A DNA stretch of 64,000 nt from Acidimicrobiia bacterium. GTDB taxonomy: Bacteria; Actinomycetota; Acidimicrobiia; Spongiisociales; ZC4RG35. The DNA is taken from contig OZ242000.1 in the NCBI GenBank assembly GCA_965204615.1, forward strand, positions 1,473,803 to 1,537,802, written 5' to 3'. A model generated the notes under the pieces. It ran no database searches and was not told the origin of the DNA. It was given only the letters and a program-made list of their open reading frames with translations. Shown here one piece after another: positions 37,293 to 46,773 of this stretch. The translations under genes and the position numbers were made by a program. Within the stretch, counting starts at the first letter, position 1; the number at the start of each line of letters is the position of its first letter.

Positions 37293-38465
37293 TCAGGCCC
37301 TTCTTCCCAACCACCCGCCCGCGCCCAGGACCGTGGCCAGGAGCACCAGAGGCAAGCCCACCACGGAAACCTGCAGAGCCAGCAGATATGCAGCGGCCCC
37401 GGTCAGGTATGAACCGGATACTCCCCAGCGCCGGTCGAAGACCCTGCCCACCGCCCGACCGGCCGCCACCGCCACCGGGACATGGGAGACCAGGAGAGCC
37501 AGCAACCACAGTCCGGCCGCCATGATCAGGAGGGGAACGGCCCCGACCAACAGCGGACCCCAGATGGGCAACGGAAGCCAGATGACCGCCAACCCCAAGA
37601 GCGCCAACGCCATCAAGGGCGACAGGAACAGGATCAACCCCTTCCCCAGGCTGCGCAGCGGCAACTTCACGGCCCGGTCGGCGGCTTCCTCCACCCGGGA
37701 GGAGCCCACCCGGATGATGACCAGGCCTCCCGACAACATCAGGAGAGACACGAACAGATAGACCATCAGCCCGAAGGCCCGGATACGGATGTTTGGGGGA
37801 AGCGCCCTGCGGTTGATCACCGAGCCCGACACCCTGTCCTCCAGTGCCTCCCCCCCGAACCGCTCGGCCTGGTATTCCAGATCCCCCAGCACCGACAGAT
37901 CCGTTCCCTCATGGAGGCGCCGCGTCCGTATCTCCGCGTCGCCGGCTATCTCTCCACCCAGGGTCACGGTCCGGAACAATCCCCTCAGGTCCCTGCCGAT
38001 TCTTCCCTCGGTGGTTACCGACCAGGCGGCCGCCAGAATGTCCCTCCGCACCTCACCCGAGGTCCGCAGAATGGCCGTCCCCACCACCACATCCCCTCCC
38101 ACCTCTCCCGAGACCACCACTTCCCCCGCCACTCCTCTCACCGAGCCCTCCACCACCCCCGCTATCACCACCCGGGAGGCGAATGCCGTTACGGAGCCGG
38201 TCACCACCCCTTCCACCAGCAACTCATCGGCAGCCACCACCGCCAGGTCGCCCTCCACCCGACCCGAGATCCTCACATCGTTCCCCACCGCATAGAGGTC
38301 CTCGGGCACCACCTCGTCGACAAGTATCCAGACCAGGTCCGACTCGGCGGTGTCCGCCGCGGCCGACCCGGCGGGAAAAAGAATCCAGCAGACCGCCAGG
38401 ACCGCCGTCCACAGCCACCGGCGCCGCCGCCCACCCCGAGTCAATTGGCTTCTGCGTCCCGGCAT
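37293..38465 (-). CDS. Membrane protein with a bactofilin/CcmA-like (polymer-forming cytoskeletal) beta-helical repeat region and C-terminal TM helices
   Basis: Signal/TM followed by Gly/Val-rich repeats VVEGSVRGVAGEVVVSGEVGGDVVVGTAIL, then 4-5 hydrophobic helices. Start chosen at MPGRRS (38465). Confidence 0.45.
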   Translation of the reverse strand: MPGRRSQLTRGGRRRRWLWTAVLAVCWILFPAGSAAADTAESDLVWILVDEVVPEDLYAVGNDVRISGRVEGDLAVVAADELLVEGVVTGSVTAFASRVVIAGVVEGSVRGVAGEVVVSGEVGGDVVVGTAILRTSGEVRRDILAAAWSVTTEGRIGRDLRGLFRTVTLGGEIAGDAEIRTRRLHEGTDLSVLGDLEYQAERFGGEALEDRVSGSVINRRALPPNIRIRAFGLMVYLFVSLLMLSGGLVIIRVGSSRVEEAADRAVKLPLRSLGKGLILFLSPLMALALLGLAVIWLPLPIWGPLLVGAVPLLIMAAGLWLLALLVSHVPVAVAAGRAVGRVFDRRWGVSGSYLTGAAAYLLALQVSVVGLPLVLLATVLGAGGWLGRRA

Positions 38466-38521
38466 GGCCGCCAATCTACACAAGAGGCCCTCCCAAGGCA
38501 TCCGGAGGTAACCTTGCCGGG

Positions 38522-39472
38522 ATGCCCATTGAGCCGGGGAAGACAACAGGGATCGGGGTGGTCGTGCAGCCGGATGAGACCTCCACCACCCTCGAGATGA
38601 TCGGAATGGCCGAGGAGGCGGGAGTTGACACGGTGTGGCTGACAACCGGCCGGTTCCGCCCGGACGCCCTGACAATCATGGCGGCAGCCTCCCAGATCAC
38701 CTCCCGGATAAGAATGGGGACCGCGGTGATGCCGATCTGGCCCCGCCACCCACTGGCGCTGGCCCTCCAGGTGAGCGCCCTGGAATCCCTGGCCCCGGGA
38801 CGGATCCGACTGGGAGTGGGTCCCAGCACATCGGCGGCCATGTCTTCCTACGGCGCCGATTACCGGCGGCCCATCAGTCACTTGCGGGAGTATCTGACCT
38901 GCCTGCGTACCCTCTTCAGGGAGGGGAGGGTGGACCACCGGGGAGAGTTCGTGAAAGCCAGGGGGAAGCTGGCGGAGCCCCTCCCCACCGAGGTGCTTGC
39001 CTCAGCCCTCGGGGAAGGCGCCTTCCGCCTGTGCGGGGAGGCATCGGACGGGGCGGTGACCTGGGTCTGTCCGCCCCGCTATGTGAAGACAACCGGGTTG
39101 CCGGCCCTGCGGGCCGGAGCAGCCTCGGCGGGCCGTATCCCCCCTCCCGTGGTCCTGTGCGTGCCCACCCTGGTCGCAGAGGACCTCCGAAGCGTGAGGC
39201 GCGCCGCCCAACAACACATCGCCCCGTACCGGGGTTTCCAGCACTACCGGGAGATGTTCGCGAAAGCCGGCTATCCTCCCGGCGACGAGTCGCTTCCCCG
39301 GCGACTGGTGGAAGAGTTGGTGGTGCACGGGTCAGTCGACGAGGTGGCCTCCCGCCTGTCGGAGTTGGCGACCTGGAGCGAGGTCATGGTCTTTCCATTG
39401 ACCGCCGGACTCGCCGACCGCCGGGGTTTCGAGCGTTGCCTGGAGGCGATTGGAAGGGCAGGTCGACAATGA
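38522..39472 (+). CDS. LLM-class (luciferase-like) flavin/F420-dependent oxidoreductase
   Basis: TIM-barrel LLM motifs (VWLTTGRF, IRLGVGPS). ATG at 38522. The Pro-rich N-terminal extension in the ORF track was rejected. Confidence 0.75.
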   Translation: MPIEPGKTTGIGVVVQPDETSTTLEMIGMAEEAGVDTVWLTTGRFRPDALTIMAAASQITSRIRMGTAVMPIWPRHPLALALQVSALESLAPGRIRLGVGPSTSAAMSSYGADYRRPISHLREYLTCLRTLFREGRVDHRGEFVKARGKLAEPLPTEVLASALGEGAFRLCGEASDGAVTWVCPPRYVKTTGLPALRAGAASAGRIPPPVVLCVPTLVAEDLRSVRRAAQQHIAPYRGFQHYREMFAKAGYPPGDESLPRRLVEELVVHGSVDEVASRLSELATWSEVMVFPLTAGLADRRGFERCLEAIGRAGRQ

Positions 39473-40905
39473 GCATTCGGACGGACTACCTCCGCTATGA
39501 CGGGATGGGGCTGGCGGCTCTGGTCGCCGGCGGGGAGATGCATCCCGACGAGCTCCTGGAGGAGGCGCTTCGGCGGTCCGAGGCGGTCGATCCCCACCTG
39601 GGGGCGATGGTGTCGACCATGGAGGAGGCGGCGCGGGGACAGATCGCCCGCGGGGACACGACCGGTCCCTTGGGAGGGATCCCCTTCCTGCTGAAGGACC
39701 TCAGAGCGCAGTACGCCGGAACTCCCACAAGCTCGGGAAGCAGGTTCTTCGCCGGGACCGTGCCTGCCTACGACACCGAGGTGGTCCGGAGGCACCGGAG
39801 AGCCGGACTGGTGACCTTCGGCAAGACCAAGACTCCCGAACTGGGGTGCAACCTCGCCACCGAACCCCGGTGGGGAGGTCCCGCTCGCAATCCCTGGGAC
39901 ACCGCCTTGATCCCCGGCGGTTCCAGCGGGGGGGCGGCCGCCCTGGTGGCCGCAAGAGTGGTACCTCTCGCCCACGCCACCGACGGCGGCGGGTCGATCA
40001 GGATCCCCGCCGCCTGCTGCGGGCTGTTCGGGCTCAAACCCACTCGCGGTCGGACCCCGGCCGGACCCGATCGGGGAGAGGGTTGGGGAGGTCTCAGCAC
40101 CGAGCACGCGGTCTCTCTGACCGTCCGGGACTCGGCCCTGCTCCTGGACGCCACCGCCGGACCCGATCCGGGCGCTCCCTACTACCCCTCGTCCCCCTCG
40201 AACTCGTTTCTCTCCCTGGTGGGCGCCGATCCCGGCAGGCTGCGGATCGGTGTCTCCCTGCACACCCCCAGGGGCCACGACCTGCATCCCGATCACCGGC
40301 GGGTGACGGAGGAGACCGCCCGGCTCTGCGAAGAACTGGGCCACATCGTGGATGAGGCGTCTCCGCACTGGGACCTGAGTCGGGCGGGCGCCGCCTACTC
40401 CACGGTGGTCAACGCCAACGTGGCCCGCACGGTGGCAGATCGCGCCCGGACCCTGGGACGCCTTCCCGGACCCGACGACCTGGAAGCGGGCATTCACCGG
40501 CGGGTGGAGGATGGAAACCGGACCGGGGCCCCGGCCTACCTCGAGGCGCTGGACACCATCCACCGGGTGGGAAGGCAGGTCTCCGGCTTCTTCGAGACCC
40601 GCGACGCCTGGCTCACCCCCACCGTCGCAGCTCCTCCCCCTCCGCTGGGCACTTTCAACACCGACTCGGAAGACACCGATCGGTTCCGGTCCCTGATCGG
40701 CAGGTTCAGCCCCTTTTGTTCGGTGGCGAACATGACCGGGCAACCGGCCATGTCGGTGCCTCTCGGCCAAACCCCCGCAGGACTGCCGGTGGGAGTGCAC
40801 TTCCTGGGACGTTACGGGGACGAAGCCACGCTGTTAATGCTGGCGGCCCAACTCGAGAAGGCCCGCCCCTGGTTCAACCGGCGGCCCGCCCTCTCGGAGA
40901 TGTAA
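39469..40905 (+). CDS. Amidase (amidase-signature family, GatA-like)
   Basis: AS signature GGSSGGAAALVAA...TDGGGSIRIPAACCGLFGLKPTRG with a Ser-cisSer-Lys triad context. ATG at 39469 overlaps the LLM stop (ATGA). Confidence 0.85.
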   Translation: MSIRTDYLRYDGMGLAALVAGGEMHPDELLEEALRRSEAVDPHLGAMVSTMEEAARGQIARGDTTGPLGGIPFLLKDLRAQYAGTPTSSGSRFFAGTVPAYDTEVVRRHRRAGLVTFGKTKTPELGCNLATEPRWGGPARNPWDTALIPGGSSGGAAALVAARVVPLAHATDGGGSIRIPAACCGLFGLKPTRGRTPAGPDRGEGWGGLSTEHAVSLTVRDSALLLDATAGPDPGAPYYPSSPSNSFLSLVGADPGRLRIGVSLHTPRGHDLHPDHRRVTEETARLCEELGHIVDEASPHWDLSRAGAAYSTVVNANVARTVADRARTLGRLPGPDDLEAGIHRRVEDGNRTGAPAYLEALDTIHRVGRQVSGFFETRDAWLTPTVAAPPPPLGTFNTDSEDTDRFRSLIGRFSPFCSVANMTGQPAMSVPLGQTPAGLPVGVHFLGRYGDEATLLMLAAQLEKARPWFNRRPALSEM

Positions 40906-41311
40906 CCGCTGGCATGATGTAACCGCTCGTATGCGGAGGGAGGGGTCTCAGTGCGGCTGGCGCGTTTTGTGGCGCGTTATTCGTGGTGGTGATGGGTTGC
41001 CGGTTTTTTGGCTCTGGTAGGGGGAGTGAGAGGCGGTGTAGGCGACGCCGGTTCGACGACGAGAACTCCGCGTTTACCAGGCCAGCCCCTTCATGTCTTG
41101 GTGGCCCTGCTGATGCGGCCATGCGAGGTCTCAACATCCGACCAACTCCAACCAGAGGATCACCATTGTTCCATCCGGAACAATTCCGGAGAGCGACAGG
41201 CCCCGGGAGAGTCCCGCACATCATCCACCTCGCCGGTCTCCTTCCCAGCATGGAGGCTCTGCCCACGGGGGCGGCTACTGTGTTGCGGCCGTCAAGGGCC
41301 TGTCGCTCTTA

Positions 41312-41354
41312 GTGCGCCCCCCGGAATCGAACCGGGGATAACCCACCAGGGGCG
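41312..41354 (-). other. tRNA-like minihelix: a 7-bp acceptor-type stem enclosing a canonical T-arm (GCGCCCC-UG-GUGGGUUAU-CCCGG-UUCGAUU-CCGGG-GGGCGC-A), lacking D and anticodon arms
   Basis: On the minus strand there is a perfect GGTTCGATTCC T-loop consensus with a closing stem GCGCCCC/GGGGCGC and a discriminator A. No CCA is encoded and no anticodon arm is present. It lies 12 nt downstream of the secreted acidic repeat gene's stop, at the edge of a lower-GC region. Confidence 0.35.
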
Positions 41355-41365
41355 CGATATTAGGT

Positions 41366-42976
41366 TTAGCGGTAGTAGCCGGGGACCCACTCGCGGTCGG
41401 TTCTGTAGTAGCCGGGGATGGTCCGAGTCTTACCCAGCCAATACCCGTGATGCCACTTTCTTACTTCCTCTTGTGGTTCAATCCACACTCGGATGGTCGT
41501 GTAGGAATCTTCGACCCACACGATTTCGTTGTCGTAGTATCCCGGGATGGTCCGAGGTTCGCCGCAGACCTCCCCCATGACCGGCGGAATCCACACCTTG
41601 TAGTCGGGGTACTTCGGATGGGAGTAGTAATAACCGGGCTTGACGACCTCCTGGGCGCACACACCAGGGACCTCACGTGCCTCCACCCATTTCTGGACGG
41701 ACTTGTGGTGGCCAGGCACGAACGACTGCCGCTCCTGCCAGCCTCCCTCAACCGCAGGTGTGATGATTTCCCAATGACCATCAACGAAGTGCTCGTAGTG
41801 CTCGGTCCGGGGTGGCACCCACGTCCGTGTGGTGCGCCAGTAGCCATCTACCCACTCTCGCTCGGGCTCGGAGGACGAGGCAGTGGTCGTGGACGTATCC
41901 TCCGCGGCAGCATCATCGTCTGCCGCGGCTTGCGTCTGGGTTTCGGCAGGTGTGAAACCACCCCCACCTCCGCTGCTACTGGTGGCGACCGCCTGGGAGA
42001 TACGGCGGTCACTGCCGGAGTCGACCGACTTTTGTCGGGTGCCCGCCACGTCCTCTGCCACCTCGGTGGACTTGGACACCCGACGGTCCGCCACCCGCTC
42101 ATTGGTATCAGCGGACTGGCTGGTGCCACGGACATTCGACCTGGAGGGGTTGCCAGACCCGCCACTGGAGTAGCTGACCTGACGACGAGGCGGGTCGAAC
42201 TTGCCGTCCGCGCGGTCCTCTTCATCTATGATGTCGCCGATAGACCTCTCGCCGTCGCCTTCATCACCCTCATCCTCTTCGTCATCGGTGAAAGGCGAGG
42301 TGATCCAGTCGATGATCTTCTCCTTCAGCTCCTCCTCGCCCTGTTCCCGAGCTTCGTCAACCTCCTTACAGAGGTCGCACAAGGAGTTGACAATGGCGGG
42401 AGTTACAGCGTCGGCCGCTCCGTCAAGCGCTCCCCGAGTAGCGGGTCCTCGCCGAGTACCGGGCGGGTTCTCCCCAATAGCCTTCGCGACGTTCTTAGCG
42501 ACACCAGCGATGGTTTTACCAGCCGTCTGTATCCAGTTGTCACCATCGTCGTCACCCTCATCATCGTCGGGAGGCGTGTAACCGCCCTTCTCCTCCGTGT
42601 CCTTGTCCTGCGCCTCACGATCTGCGTGAGTGGACCGCCACTGACGATCCGCCGGGTTCATGTCCTCCGCATCGTCCCGGGTGCGCTGGTTCTGAGGATG
42701 GTCCGGCTTGTCGTTGCCGTTCTTGTCGGTGCGGCTGTCCGGATGATTTGCCGGGTGCCCAGGGCTGTTGTCCTGGCTCACCTCCTCATCGTCTTCATCG
42801 CTCGAACTGCTGCTGGACGAGTCGCCGGAGTCCTGGTTGGAACTCTGGCTGGAGCTGCTGCCGCTGTTGCCCTGCTCACCGGGATGACCCGGCGGTCGGG
42901 CCAGCACGGGGACAGCAGTAGTCAGTGCCAGGATGACCGCAATCGCCATCACCAGCAGTCGTCTAAAAGGCGACAT
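41366..42976 (-). CDS. Secreted, highly acidic Ser/Asp/Glu-rich protein with a C-terminal Trp/Tyr-rich repeat region; function unknown
   Basis: Signal peptide MSPFRRLLVMAIAVILALTTAVPVLA, SD GGAG upstream, long disordered acidic stretches, and C-terminal repeats of the type (W/Y)xxGYW / PGYY (..WHHGYWLGKTRTIPGYYRTDREWVPGYYR). Confidence 0.6.
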   Translation of the reverse strand: MSPFRRLLVMAIAVILALTTAVPVLARPPGHPGEQGNSGSSSSQSSNQDSGDSSSSSSSDEDDEEVSQDNSPGHPANHPDSRTDKNGNDKPDHPQNQRTRDDAEDMNPADRQWRSTHADREAQDKDTEEKGGYTPPDDDEGDDDGDNWIQTAGKTIAGVAKNVAKAIGENPPGTRRGPATRGALDGAADAVTPAIVNSLCDLCKEVDEAREQGEEELKEKIIDWITSPFTDDEEDEGDEGDGERSIGDIIDEEDRADGKFDPPRRQVSYSSGGSGNPSRSNVRGTSQSADTNERVADRRVSKSTEVAEDVAGTRQKSVDSGSDRRISQAVATSSSGGGGGFTPAETQTQAAADDDAAAEDTSTTTASSSEPEREWVDGYWRTTRTWVPPRTEHYEHFVDGHWEIITPAVEGGWQERQSFVPGHHKSVQKWVEAREVPGVCAQEVVKPGYYYSHPKYPDYKVWIPPVMGEVCGEPRTIPGYYDNEIVWVEDSYTTIRVWIEPQEEVRKWHHGYWLGKTRTIPGYYRTDREWVPGYYR

Positions 42977-43056
42977 ATTTGGCTCCTTTCAATACTCGAA
43001 GTCGGCGCAGCTTCACTGCCTGGTCATCGTGATCGTCCACAGCGGCTCTCCCTTCC

Positions 43057-43902
43057 TCACTCCGACCCTTTCGTTGGGTCAGGGAAATCTGATAGGTGGT
43101 TATGGCGTCCGTGTTCGTTGAGGAGACGGTTCATGCTGTCCTGCAACTGATCGATCTGTTCCGGCGTATCCGGGATGAGGGTGGCGTTGTCTGCCGTGGC
43201 CATCCGGGCAGGGTTCGGGTACTGGTCCGCCGTTTCGACTGGATCGGGAGCTTTCCCTAGGTCAGCTTTTTGGGGATATTTGATGTTGTTGCTGTTGGGA
43301 TTCCGGGCTGTCACGGTGATTGCAGCTGTTTCTTCGGGGATCCCGGTGACCGTCAGGGTGGAACTGTTGTGATTGGCCATGTGGTCTGGAGCTGTCATGT
43401 CACGGGTGACCAGTTCTCCGCATGGGCTGCTTCGCCGCTGTCTCCCGGTCGCTGGCCGTGGGGGTCGCTGCGCATACGGCTTTGGGACAGGTCTTTTGTC
43501 CTGTTCTCGTGGGTGAGCGGAGGCCATGTCGGGATTCTCTATGGTGTGGGCGATGTTGACCTTGGCGGAGGTAACACCGGTAGCGGTGACGGTTTGCGCG
43601 GTGTTAGTGCCCGAGGCGGGAAAGTTCAGGGGGTCCTGGCTCCCGGTGGCTTTATCGGGGTCCGGGGCGAGGGGGATGGCCCGGGTCATGCCGGGTCTCC
43701 CGAGGGGGTTCAGACTACGAGAATTAGGGGGCGGAGCGGGTAGGGCTGCCCTTTTGCAGGAGCGAAGGGCGGTGGTCAGGGCCGAAATCTCATTGGACAG
43801 ATTCAAGTGGCGTTTCCTGCCGTCCTTCTGTGGAGGAGCCTCTGGGGCATCACGGCTTCTCGACTGCAGGGAGTCGGCCTCCGGCAGCTTTATTCGCGCC
43901 AT
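43057..43902 (-). CDS. Hypothetical low-complexity (Pro/Asn/Thr/Ala-rich) protein downstream of an AT-rich segment
   Basis: Its composition is not typical of high-GC antisense shadow ORFs (N, K, I present). It is preceded on the minus strand by the AT-rich block at about 44100-44200. No motif was recognised. Confidence 0.35.
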   Translation of the reverse strand: MARIKLPEADSLQSRSRDAPEAPPQKDGRKRHLNLSNEISALTTALRSCKRAALPAPPPNSRSLNPLGRPGMTRAIPLAPDPDKATGSQDPLNFPASGTNTAQTVTATGVTSAKVNIAHTIENPDMASAHPREQDKRPVPKPYAQRPPRPATGRQRRSSPCGELVTRDMTAPDHMANHNSSTLTVTGIPEETAAITVTARNPNSNNIKYPQKADLGKAPDPVETADQYPNPARMATADNATLIPDTPEQIDQLQDSMNRLLNEHGRHNHLSDFPDPTKGSE

Positions 43903-44767
43903 TGTCTGTTTCCCTATTGCTCCGCTTTGTTCTCGGCCGGACGCTCACCGCCCCAGGTCGCCTTGGTCTCCAGGGTCTTTTGAAGGCAAGACCCCGTCCA
44001 CCGGGGGACTTCTCATCTGCTTGGGTCGTCGATGTCACACCGAGCCTTGCGCGGTGTTGGCGAGCATTCCGGGAGAATCGGCGGGGCTGCGTTCCCTTCC
44101 TGTTTCCTACCATTTGTTACACTACTGTATGGAGAACGTATTAATAGTGAAATCTAGTATATGATTAACGTATGTTCATGGTTGGGCATGCAACATGTTC
44201 TTCTCACAGCGGAAGTCCAGTCTCTCAGTTCCGCCGACTCAGCCGGGTATCTGCGGGCTTGTCAAGCCGACGGGACACCGGCGGAAAACAGTCCAGTCCC
44301 CGGGTCAGTGCATCGCCACCACAGAGATTCGGACGATTTGAACCGCTCGTGGAAGGGGTCTGTTACCCGCTACACGGCTCCAAGATGTCGTAGGCCCGAG
44401 CCAGTGCCAGTGGTATGTCTGTCAAACAATCGAGTGGGTGGCGCCCTGCGGATTACTCCTTTTTGAACCGGCCGCCGGTTGTTCTCGAACACCCCTCCCA
44501 TTTAGCCGACAGCACCCTATGGTGCCATCAATCCAAGTAGCGGGCGTGGAATTCATAACAGCAGGGACCATGCAGACCGAAAGATGTGCCCCGCCTATTC
44601 AGCGGCAGTCCGCCTCTTGCTTGACTCCGACCTGCCCCACCGCAGACACAGGACGGCCAAAGCTCGCCACCCAAAACAGCTCGCACGGGTTTCTCACCCC
44701 TTACCCTGCCTGTCTGTGATGCTCGGGGCTCACCGCCCGCCACGGCGGGTAGGGCTATAGCCCTCTG

Positions 44768-45833
44768 TCACCCAGATGACCTGGGGGTGTTGCCACTCGC
44801 CGCGTCAGGGCTCTGTTGCAGCCAGAGGAGGGCGTGCTCCGCATTCCAATGGAACTGTGGCGAGGCGAACCACGACAAAGCGTTTCCTCGGGAGGTCTTA
44901 GCGATCAGCCACACCTGGTCAATGCTGGAGAATCGAACAGAGGAAAGGTCAGGGTGGGGGAGTCGCGCGGTTGGCCCGAAGGCTTCCTCGAGTTGCCCCG
45001 CCGCGTCGAGTCCGTCCAGTGGTACAGCAAGCCACTTTTCGCCGGAGATATTCGCCATCTGACCACGACGTTCCTTCTTGTCGATAGCCCGTTGCCCCGC
45101 TGAAACAAGATCCTCCACCTCGCCTTCAATGAAGGCCTTCCGAGCCGCCCCCACACCAACATGAATGCCTCCGTACCTGTCCCCGGTTGGCACAAGAGGT
45201 CCTATCACGCCGACCCGGCGGGGCAACAGATCATCGATCCACAAATCCACAATGTCCGGTGGGACCGGGGTCCAGAGCGGCTTGTGCCCGTTCCGTTATC
45301 GCTTGGGGAGATCCGCCCACAGCCTCGGCCTGCGCGAAAACGGGCACCATTGCCGACACTATTTCTTTGAGCGTGCGGGATGAACTTCGCTTCTCGATGC
45401 AGAGGTCTGAGACGATCACCCTCCACTCGTAAGACAACGCAGGGAACCGTTTAGGCCACATCTTTCACGCCGCCGCATGTAGACGGTTGGCGGCATCGAG
45501 AGTAGCCATGACAATCTCCACGGTGACCCGCACCCCATCGCCCAGCGTTAGTCTCAGATCGGGCGTTCGGACATTAGCAACCTGACTCTCCCGCAGCCAC
45601 TCATAGTCGTTCACATCTTCCACCGCACAGATCGCTTCAAACGCCGCCTGCTCATCAGCCCATCGCCTATGTTCCCCCACGACCCTGTGCTCAATCCACT
45701 TCGAGTCGCAAATGTTGCCAACCCGGCTGCCCTTTGAACAACCGGATTTCAAATTACCGGAGTGGCGCCGATCACGAGAGCCGGTTTCTGCAAGTTGTCT
45801 CGGTAGTCCAAGGGATAACAAACCACCAAGCAT
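44768..45833 (-). pseudogene. Frameshifted gene remnant split across three minus-strand frames (45833..45465, 45461..45231, 45250..44768), family unrecognised
   Basis: Three consecutive protein-like ORF pieces on the same strand are each interrupted by a frame change. They lie in a lower-GC region flanked by palindromes (AGGGCTATAGCCCT at 44751-44764). Confidence 0.3.
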
Positions 45834-46076
45834 TTCTCAGAGGTTCAGTCGACCTCGGAAATGGGCCAACCAGGAACTTGAAAGCCTGCCAAGACCAGCC
45901 AATCCCCCTTTTGGCGCAAACCTCGGACCCGTCGCGGAAACCGCATCACCCAGCAGAACCCCATCCCAACCTCCCACAGTCAGAATTCCCTGCCGAAACC
46001 ACGGATAATTCCTGCCAACACCAGTGTCAGGCGGGGCTTCTGACCTGCGAAAGCATCACTTCGCGCCAGCCCCGTC

Positions 46077-46685
46077 TCAGTCGCCCCAGTAGCGCTCCTC
46101 CGCCCAGGGGTCCCCCCGCATGTGGTACCCGTTCCTCTCCCAGAAACCCGGCTGATCGCCGTCCATGAAGCGCAGCCCCCGCACCCACTTCACCGACTTC
46201 CAGAAGTAGAGGTGGGGCACCACCAGCCTCATCGGCCACCCGTGATCGGGGGTGAGATCCGCACCGTCATACCGCAGGGCGAACAGGTTCTCCGGCCGAT
46301 CGAAGTCCGCGAGAGGGAGGTTGGATGTGAATCCGTGCTCTGCTATCACCATCACGTGGGTGGCCTGAGGCAGAACCTCGACCCGGGACAACACCTCGGC
46401 GACCGCGATCCCCTCCCAGAGGGTGTCGAACTTCGACCACTTCGTCACGCAATGGATGTCGCACAGACGCTCGATCCGGGGCAGAGAGGCCATCTCCTCG
46501 AACGACCACGACACCGGCGCCTCCACCAGGCCGTCAACCTGGAAGTCCCAGCGGTCCAGCTTGACCTTGGGGGTTGTCCCGACATGCAGCACCGGGAACC
46601 GCCTGGTGTTGTACTGGCCGGGAGGAAGCCTGGAGGGGTCGACACCTTCCGGCAGGCTCTTTCGCAGTCGGGACATGATGCTCAT
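46077..46685 (-). CDS. Sulfite-oxidase-like molybdopterin-dependent oxidoreductase (small, about 200-aa actinobacterial type)
   Basis: Oxidored_molyb-type motifs: ..HCVTKWSKFDTLWEGIAV.., HGWPMRLVVPHLYFWKSVKWV. Confidence 0.7.
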   Translation of the reverse strand: MSIMSRLRKSLPEGVDPSRLPPGQYNTRRFPVLHVGTTPKVKLDRWDFQVDGLVEAPVSWSFEEMASLPRIERLCDIHCVTKWSKFDTLWEGIAVAEVLSRVEVLPQATHVMVIAEHGFTSNLPLADFDRPENLFALRYDGADLTPDHGWPMRLVVPHLYFWKSVKWVRGLRFMDGDQPGFWERNGYHMRGDPWAEERYWGD

Positions 46686-46773
46686 GTCGAGGATTTTACC
46701 CCCCGGTGGGCAACGCTGGAGTGCGATTCCCCATTTGGCGACAACCCCCTAACGCTGTCAACGCCAACTCGCC

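Noticed and set aside
37844-40905. Long N-terminal extensions of the LLM oxidoreductase (542 aa) and amidase (756 aa) ORFs
   Set aside because: The extensions are Pro/Arg-rich and overlap neighbouring genes. Conserved domains begin at ATG 38522 and ATG 39469, the latter overlapping the preceding stop as ATGA.
41447-43150. A 567-aa plus-strand ORF
   Set aside because: It is antisense to the acidic secreted protein gene, which has an SD, signal peptide and protein-like composition.
43526-44164. A 212-aa plus-strand ORF crossing the AT-rich core at 44.1 kb
   Set aside because: It spans an abrupt compositional change and overlaps the minus-strand ORF 43057..43902. It ends with an AT-rich tail translated as ...HYCMENVLIVKSSI and is likely non-coding.
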